Shown here in pieces: positions 56,155 through 64,000 of a stretch of 64,000 nucleotides of DNA. Origin of the DNA: Eledone cirrhosa (taxonomy: Eukaryota); assembly GCA_964016885.1 (NCBI GenBank), contig OZ024741.1, positions 290,222,001-290,286,000 of the forward strand. Direction: 5' to 3'. Numbering within the stretch: the first letter of the stretch is position 1; each line of letters starts with the position of its first letter. The position numbers and the translations under genes were made by a program. Under the pieces are notes generated by a model. It was given only the letters and a program-made list of their open reading frames with translations. It was not told the origin of the DNA and made no database searches.

Positions 56155-56218
56155 TTATTTATTTGGCTATCGACGATATATATATATATTTATATATATA
56201 TATATATATATAAATGTA

Positions 56219-56286
<68 letters not shown>

Positions 56287-56291
56287 TATAC

Positions 56292-56377
<86 letters not shown>

Positions 56378-56405
56378 TCGACACATATATATATATATAT
56401 GTATA

Positions 56406-56442
<37 letters not shown>

Positions 56443-58929
56443 GACTATTTGACTATAATTTTTTTTTATGTATATATACAAATTATAGCCGAAAATTCTC
56501 TTTACTATTTTCTTAATCGTTTCAAGCGATTTCTTTTATTCTTTCTTCCTAAAATATATCTGATGTAAATGCCGGAATTGGAATAATACCGATCATCGAT
56601 TACTCTATATACCTCGATGGTTTCCAGATTAATCGGTTCTGGTTTGGCAACAAATTGTCGTAGAAATGTTTTATAGTTGTTTTCGTAAATCTCTATTGTG
56701 GTCTTTTTTTTATATTAAATCAATTTCTTGTAAAAGAAAATGAAAATAAATTCATCTATTCTTCTACACAATCTCGAAGTCAAATCGAAATAATTGTAAG
56801 TTCTTTTGTAAAGTTTAAAAGTATTTCCTTTTTGGTAAATAGATCGGTTCAACCTTGTCCTGTTATAGGCTATAATAGTACTTTACTGGAGGTTTTTGAA
56901 AGTATGTCATCACGATGTCACTATTGAAAAGATATCATTAAATGTAGTTGTTATCATTGGCGGTGATATTGTTGTCTCTTGACAAGGATCAACGATATAA
57001 ATGTGCAACGGAAGAGCAAAAGTTTAGTAAAGCAACATCAGTATATAACTGCTATTTCTTAAAGCTAAATTGGAGGTACATATGTAGATGTTTAACCTGA
57101 TACCTAGAGCAAAGAAATACCCATCAAATAAAATCCTGCGGTTCTTCCTCCTGTTTTCTTTTTGAAGCTTATGTCTTGTTCTATTTGTGAACATGTGTCA
57201 TGAACAAATGACGAATATATACAGGATTACTTGAACTGCTTGGAAAGGGCAGCAGATCTTTTAAAAAATGGAAATAGGATAATGTCTATCTGAGATACAA
57301 AACAAGGACCGTCTGGAACGTCTATGAAAATAGATTGACTTGATTGGGACTGACAATCAAGAATATATTTTGGGTAGGAATTCCTGACTTTCAAGTGATT
57401 AAGTATATATTAACTTAAATCTGCTTCCATGCAAGCAAGTCCATCCGATCGATTGTTAAGTCTCTCATAGAGTCATTACTTTGATAATGGGTTTTTAAAC
57501 CCAAAAATATTTGGGATCGTTAAATTTGCTAAGGTAAGATTCTTTTGTTATCTTCGCAATTTAACATTCTTCATACGCATTGTTTTGGTCTTCAAAATTA
57601 AAATTTGTGTTTGCTATTAAACAATGCTTCAAGCAAGCTACAAAACTCTGTTATATTTTATTAATTTGAAAATTCATCAATATCATTCTTGATGCTGAAT
57701 CCTCTATCAATTTCGACGATGAGAGATTCCAGCTATTCGATCAAGTGAACGACATACTCATTGATGTATAGTATGTATGGTCATTGATGTATAGTATGAG
57801 TGGTAGAGTATACAACAGACGGCTGTACTTGTAACGTAATTGCCGAGCTGAGTTAACATGGTACAGTGTGACTGTGTTACAAAACTGGATTTTGAATTAC
57901 AGCTATAATTCATCCTACAGTTTTACCTATTTTCTGTTCGCACGATTTCATTAACAAAGCAAAGCTAACCTCTACCGTTTTTTACCGTAGAGAACAGAGA
58001 GCTGGAACTAATACCGCAAAGCATTCTTTCTAACGAATCTACCAATTCGCCGACGGTTCTACTTAATACAATAATTTAAAAAAAAAACACGTGCTTCATA
58101 TACCACGCATTGGGATAGAATTTGAGACTTCCTGATTGGGGCCATGCCTTTATTATTTCATCGTATTGGACTTCCGAGCAAGTAGTGGTGTATCTTAAAC
58201 ATGTCATTCTTTCTCCTAAAAAAAGATATGGTTTAGGAGATTTCTCTACAAACATTGGTTTATAACATAGACTCAAAACCTCAAATTTAGAAAATAGGCA
58301 GAATAATCGAACACGCATTTTGTTTGACAGAATTTTAACACTGAAAATTAATATAATACAATTCACTACTCAAAACCTCAAGGCAATTTGTCCACCAATC
58401 TATCGATTCCGCCAATATTAAAAATCAATATTGCTCATTGTAATAAAAAAAAACAAATTAAGAGAAAAATATATTACATAAATAAATAACTAAATATGTA
58501 AATGGAAATTCAATAGTAATGACATCTTTCGAAATAAAGTTAATTTTTTAAAGCCAGAAGGACTTATAAAATAATAATGATAACAATGAGAAGAAGAAGA
58601 AGAAGAAGAAGAAGAAGAAGAAGAAGAAGAAGAAGAAGAAGAAGAAGAAGAAGAAGAAGAGATAAAGAAAGAACAAAAGAACAAAAGAAAGAAAAGAAGT
58701 AATAGAAAAAAACATAGTCTAAGAAAAGAAATGAAATTTTCAGTTATCTCAGAGGCAAAATACCTCAGTACACATATTTTAATCAACACCCAGGTTTTTC
58801 GTGTTATATATTTTCGTGTTATATATATAAGTTGTAACATAGTACTTAATAAACCTATGAAGATATATGTACATCTATACTGAGTGAACTCTGTATATTT
58901 AATAGTCATTTTAGTATTATCATTATTAT

Positions 58930-59004
58930 TGTTAGTAGTATTAGTAGTAGTAACAGCAGCAGCAGCAATAGCTGTAGTAGTAGTAGTAGTAGTAGTAGTA
59001 GTAC

Positions 59005-59055
<51 letters not shown>

Positions 59056-59126
59056 CGGTGGTGGTGCTGTTGGTGGTGGTGGTGATGCTGGTGTTGGTGC
59101 TGGTGGTGGTGCTGCTGGTGGTATTT

Positions 59127-59183
<57 letters not shown>

Positions 59184-59210
59184 CACCAGCAGCAGCAGCA
59201 GAAGCAGCGT
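58930..59210. repeat. (TAG)n/(TGG)n/(CAG)n compound microsatellite
   Basis: Direct reading. Confidence 0.9.
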
Positions 59211-59529
59211 TATTTACTTTTTAAAAATACTTTGCATCCGAACTGCCTGGAGCGACCGAGTGATGATATGCAATAACTATTTCGAAGAATTTATTCGTTC
59301 GCTACCCTGGTACTTCTTTATACTCTCCTCCGTATCTTTATTCTCTCTTGCTTGTTGTACATCTCGATTTCTCCTCTCCCTCTTCCTCCTTCTTCTTCAA
59401 GTAAGAGTAGCATTTATGATGGTGGGGGGATGGCGGTCATGGTGACAATGTTAACAATAGTAGTATTAGCGAACATAATGGTGCAGGTAATTTTATAAAA
59501 TTTCTTGTAAAACACTCAATGTATACTTT

Positions 59530-59568
<39 letters not shown>

Positions 59569-60139
59569 AATCAACAAAGAAGCCTTTAATACATTAAAAA
59601 TCTTTATTCGCTGACAATGTTTCGTCCCAGTAATTAGGACTCTTCAGAGCAAGGAAAAGACAAAAAATATCATCGGCTAGAACAAGCCAAAATTCAGAAG
59701 AATAGAGAAGGATATTTCGGAAAATTATCATGGAAAGACGTGTCAAACCTAATAGGGTGCATTGGTACATAAAAACTATAGGGCAAGAGAGCAAGCAAAC
59801 ATTAAAATAGCCACGTTAAAAGTACAATACAAGTCTAATACTCGAAATACAACAACGTAGTATAATGCGAGAAATAAGTTATAAAAATTACAATATAATA
59901 TACAATACAATGCAATACAAATACAGAAATAAAATTTAATAAATATATATACACGCACTCACACACACATATATACACACATATATACACATTTACACAT
60001 ACACATATTAACACAAATATATAAATAGAATAATCACCCTGACGGTATGATTAAACAATACTAAAATCAATGAAAACAATATTGACATTAAAAAAAATAT
60101 AAATACTTCCAACGTACCATGCAAAGTCAATATTTTTAT

Positions 60140-60169
<30 letters not shown>

Positions 60170-60175
<6 letters not shown>

Positions 60176-60456
60176 TTGGAGCTCTGAAATAGCAATATAT
60201 ATATGGATGTATATATAATGTATTTTGCAATACACTTTATGCTTAATTAAAAGCATTTTGAAGACCGTAAGCTATTGTTTTAGAGTAGTGACAAATTCAC
60301 TTACTTTGATCTCAGCAAACAGGGGAGATAAGCCGACAAGGCCTTGTTTCGCTTTTGTTGAAGCTTATCAAGGCTAACTACTCCCTCCTGTCTACCGGTC
60401 TTCAAAATGCTTTTAATTAAGCATAAAGTGTATTGCAAAATACATTATATATACAT

Positions 60457-60468
<12 letters not shown>
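60170..60468 (-). mobile_element. Penelope-like fold-back insertion, family F
   Basis: Perfect inverted arms of about 72 bp (60195-60267 / 60396-60468) enclosing a hammerhead; (TA)n flanks. Confidence 0.75.
60331..60375 (-). ncRNA. Type I hammerhead ribozyme with U3-A8 covariant core
   Basis: Minus strand: AGCC-TTGATAA-GCTT caacaa AAGC-GAAA-C AAGGCCTT-GTC^GGCT; all three stems pair and stem III is palindromic. Confidence 0.8.
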
Positions 60469-60545
<77 letters not shown>

Positions 60546-60705
60546 CATGGGTACGTACATGTGTGTGTGAATAGGCATAGCTGTATGTATGGTTAAAACG
60601 TTCACTTGGTGCCCTACGCATGTCGTTCAGGACTTCTTTTATATCTAAGGTCTGACCAATAACTTATGAATGAATATTAGCGCACGGGAACTCTTCAGAA
60701 ACCCG

Positions 60706-60739
<34 letters not shown>

Positions 60740-60741
<2 letters not shown>

Positions 60742-61051
60742 GGCATACAAGGATGCAATTCACTTCTAGCACTCAACGCCATATTCCCAATGACAGGGGT
60801 GACGGAGTATATTAATAAAGATGAAAATGCGAACTTGACGGTGTTAGAGTCCTTGATTATTTGAGCCGTTATATATATTTCAATGACGATAAACATCGTG
60901 ATCTCCGAATAAAATTGCCTCAAAAATGTTACCTTTTAATCAATTTTTGCTGTCCGAAGAGATCACGATGTTTATCGTCATTGAAATATATATAACGGCT
61001 CCAATAATAAAAGACTGTAACACCTTCAGCTTCGCATTTTCATCTTTATTA
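60740..61051. mobile_element. Penelope-like fold-back insertion, family G
   Basis: Imperfect inverted arms 60813-60917 / 60941-61051; (TA)n flanks. Confidence 0.65.
60949..60999 (+). ncRNA. Hammerhead-like fold, U4C core variant
   Basis: GCTGT-CCGAAGA-GATCACGAT gttt ATCGTCATT-GAAA-T ATAT-ATA^ACGGC. Confidence 0.65.
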
Positions 61052-61269
61052 TATATATATATATATATATACAAATGTAATCTGAGATTTTTCGAAATAT
61101 ATATATATTTAATCTGTTATTTTAATAAATATTTGCTCCACGGTTCTTATATATTTGATATATATCTATCTTGCCCTCTTTGGATTTTAGTCTTCAAATT
61201 TATTATTATTACTATATATGTATATATATATATATATATACAAATGTAATCTGAGTTTTTTTTCGAATT

Positions 61270-61442
61270 ACTGGCACAAGGCCAGCAATTACTCAGTGCA
61301 TTACTGGTACTTTATGATATCGATCCCGTAAGGATGAAAGGCAAAGTTAACCTCGGCGGGATTTGAACTCAGAATGGCAAGGGCCGTAAATCTATGCGTC
61401 AAAGCATGGTGTCCGACCCTCTACCGATACTGCCAATCCACA
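61270..61442 (-). mobile_element. SINE family A
   Basis: Head and core match. Confidence 0.85.
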
Positions 61443-61565
61443 TTAATAATAACATTCGATTCGTTTGCTATTATGCAAACAAGCCTAATTTTTAAATACA
61501 TATATACATTGTTTTTATTAAAATAACAGATTAAAGTTTAGTCTTCACATTTATTATTATTACTA

Positions 61566-61606
<41 letters not shown>

Positions 61607-61702
61607 TGTGTGTGTATGTGCATGGGAATGTGTGTGTGCGTGTGTCCAAAATAGCTCTATTCCATCAAATATCGAAAACAAAGTTTGAACAAGTGAGCAA
61701 CA

Positions 61703-62112
61703 AATAATTGTTTCTATTTTAGGCACAAGGCCAGCAATTACCCAGTGCATTACTGGTACTTTATTTTATCGACCCCGTAAGGATGAAAGGCAAAGTCAAC
61801 CTCGGCGGGATTTGAACTCAGATCGTAAAGGGACGTAACTATGCTGGAAAGCATGGCGTCCGACCCTCTACCGATACTGCCAATCCACCGTGAGCAACAA
61901 ATAATGGTTTCTTATATAAAGCCAGCAATTTTAGGGGAGGGGAAAGTAGATTTAATCGACCCCAGTGCGTGACTAGTACTTTATTTTATCGACCCCGTAA
62001 GGATGAAAGGCAAAGTTAACCTCGATTGGATTTGAACTCAGATCGTAAAGGGCCGTAACTCTATGCTGCAAAGCATGGCGTCCGACCTTCTACCGATACT
62101 GCCAATCGACCG
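61703..62112 (-). mobile_element. Two tandem SINE A copies (short-tail and long-tail variants)
   Basis: First copy is flanked by TSD GTGAGCAACAAATAAT (61693-61708, 61890-61905). Confidence 0.9.
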
Positions 62113-63020
62113 TACTTAGTCAGCAACAAATAATTGTTTCTACAGTCAGCAACAAATAATGATACTAATTTCGTTTATTTATTTACCAAGGACACTTGCA
62201 AATATCTTTATTTATACATTCAAAGCATGAAACAATAAAAAAAAGTCTGTTGGAAAATATCTGGGGTGAGAAAAAACAAATTATATAAAAATTAGGGGAA
62301 AGAGTGTAAATCGCTCTACTCTAAATGTATCTCTAAATATAGATGCAGCATACAAGGTATAAAATAGAATAATCAAAATATTATAATAAAATACACACAC
62401 ACACTAAACTAATTTTACAGAAAAAGGTGCAACACCGATATATATATATGTAAGAAGCTGCCATCTATGCTGTTCAAGGCACCGTGCAAACATCATTTCG
62501 CAAGAAAAATAACAATTTAAACAAACAGAAAAGTGTAATTTGAAGGAAATGTTTTTAGCAGGTGGAGTATGACAACAATGAGGCTCTCTAAACCAATCTG
62601 TAAGAAAATCAGTAGAATAATAACAAGAAGAACGACGATGATGACGACGAGGACAGCAGCTCAAAAGAAAAAAAATACAAGCAAACAGTTGAGTAAAATG
62701 GAGTGAAATGAATATAATCCAAAGATCCACAGAGGAATGTTGCACTTAGTTTAGTTTTAAAGCATAGAATTGGAACGGACGAACTCTTTAGATAAAGGAC
62801 ATTGAATTTAATGATAAACAACGTCGAAGTACAAAATTAGATTCCAACACAGCAGTGCAAAACCAGCCTTGCTCTCATCATGTATTTTAACTTCTCAAAT
62901 TAAAAGCAACAATGGCCGACGGCATTGCAATAATTTTTTGTAAAAAATCAAAGAGAAATTGACCAAATTGTCTTCATTTTCATCTGTTAATCATCAACGT
63001 TGTAAATAGTTTGTATTTTC

Positions 63021-63076
<56 letters not shown>

Positions 63077-63693
63077 AATTTCCTTATTTCTTTTCTTTCT
63101 TCCTTTCTTTTTCTTTTCCTTTCCTATAACTAACTCTCTTCCCACTTTTTTTTTCTTGCCTTTCATCGTTTGTTTCTTTCATTTTGCTTTCTTTTTCTCT
63201 ATCACTTTTTCCTTCTCCATTTTATTCTTTGTTTACATTTTTCATTCTTTTTCCCTCTATACTTCCTTCTTTCTCTCTTTATTTCTTGTTCCTTCATTTA
63301 GATATTTTCTTCTTTCTTCTATTTACATTGAAAACATTTTAAAGAGCTTTTTAGTTTTTTATTTGTTAATTGTTTATTTCTTCATATTTGACATGTTATT
63401 TATTTTTAACAATGCTTTATGTTCTATTCCAAGAATCTCGAGGAATTTCAGAATTTCAGAGAATTTCAGTATCCATTGGAAAGTGTTTAAGTCTGTGTGC
63501 TGGTGTCTTGTATTGTTACTGATTTAGTCATCATCAGCGTCTTTAATATATACATACATGCATACATACATACATACATACATACAAACATACATACATA
63601 CATACATACATACATACATACATACATACATACATACATACATACATACATTCGTACATACGTGCCAGCAAACATAAATACATACGTGCATAC

Positions 63694-63760
<67 letters not shown>

Positions 63761-63884
63761 ATGGTGGTTCCCCAGCATGGTCTCAGCCTGTCAACTGAAG
63801 CACATAACTGAGTAATACATACATACATACATACATACATACATACATACATACATACATACATACATACATACATACATACAC

Positions 63885-64000
63885 AAACAAACGACGAAGA
63901 ATATATTGAGACAGATGGCACTAAGGAATACTGGTGGAACCTGAAAATAGAAACTGCCACCAAATTAAAGCACAACCGGCCTGATATGTTGTTTGGGACC
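63885..64000 (+). mobile_element. Fragment of a REL-endonuclease LINE running off the window
   Basis: Manual translation TNDEEYIETDGTKEYWWNLKIETATKLKHNRPDM, the same motif as LWDFRIQTDKILEHSRPDL in the R4-type element; follows (TACA)n. Confidence 0.65.

Noticed and set aside
56570-57730. AT-rich block possibly derived from a retroelement ORF
   Set aside because: I could not recover a convincing motif in any frame; needs a translated profile search

Overview
AT-rich animal non-coding DNA packed with microsatellites ((TA)n, (CA)n, (TACA)n, (TAG)n) and transposable elements. The repeat landscape looks like an octopus/cephalopod genome (inference from recall, not a database hit). I found no host exon and no intact autonomous element; the IYIY/VCVC ORFs are microsatellite artefacts. 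Recognisable elements: a near full-length broken R4/Dong-type LINE, 3' fragments of Tx1/L1, CR1-group and RTE LINEs, a DD37D (maT) transposon with perfect TIRs, a Buster/Charlie hAT with an 8-bp TSD and an internal minisatellite, non-autonomous Helitrons, MITEs, a mariner relic and about 20 tRNA-derived SINE copies. The main hidden signal is RNA-level. (i) A near-perfect 469-bp tandem array (21087-22180) carries one canonical minimal type-I hammerhead ribozyme per unit and a hairpin-rich monomer, i.e. a candidate retrozyme producing a 469-nt viroid-like circular RNA. (ii) At least six distinct Penelope-like fold-back families, mostly in (TA)n, carry hammerhead folds, several with non-canonical cores (U3-A8 covariant, U4A, U4C, very long stem II), and some inversion points fall inside the ribozyme. 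(iii) The dominant SINE shares its 3' end and (ATT) tail with the Tx1/L1 element, suggesting a SINE-Tx1 partnership. All folds and alignments were done by eye; boundaries of decayed elements are approximate.
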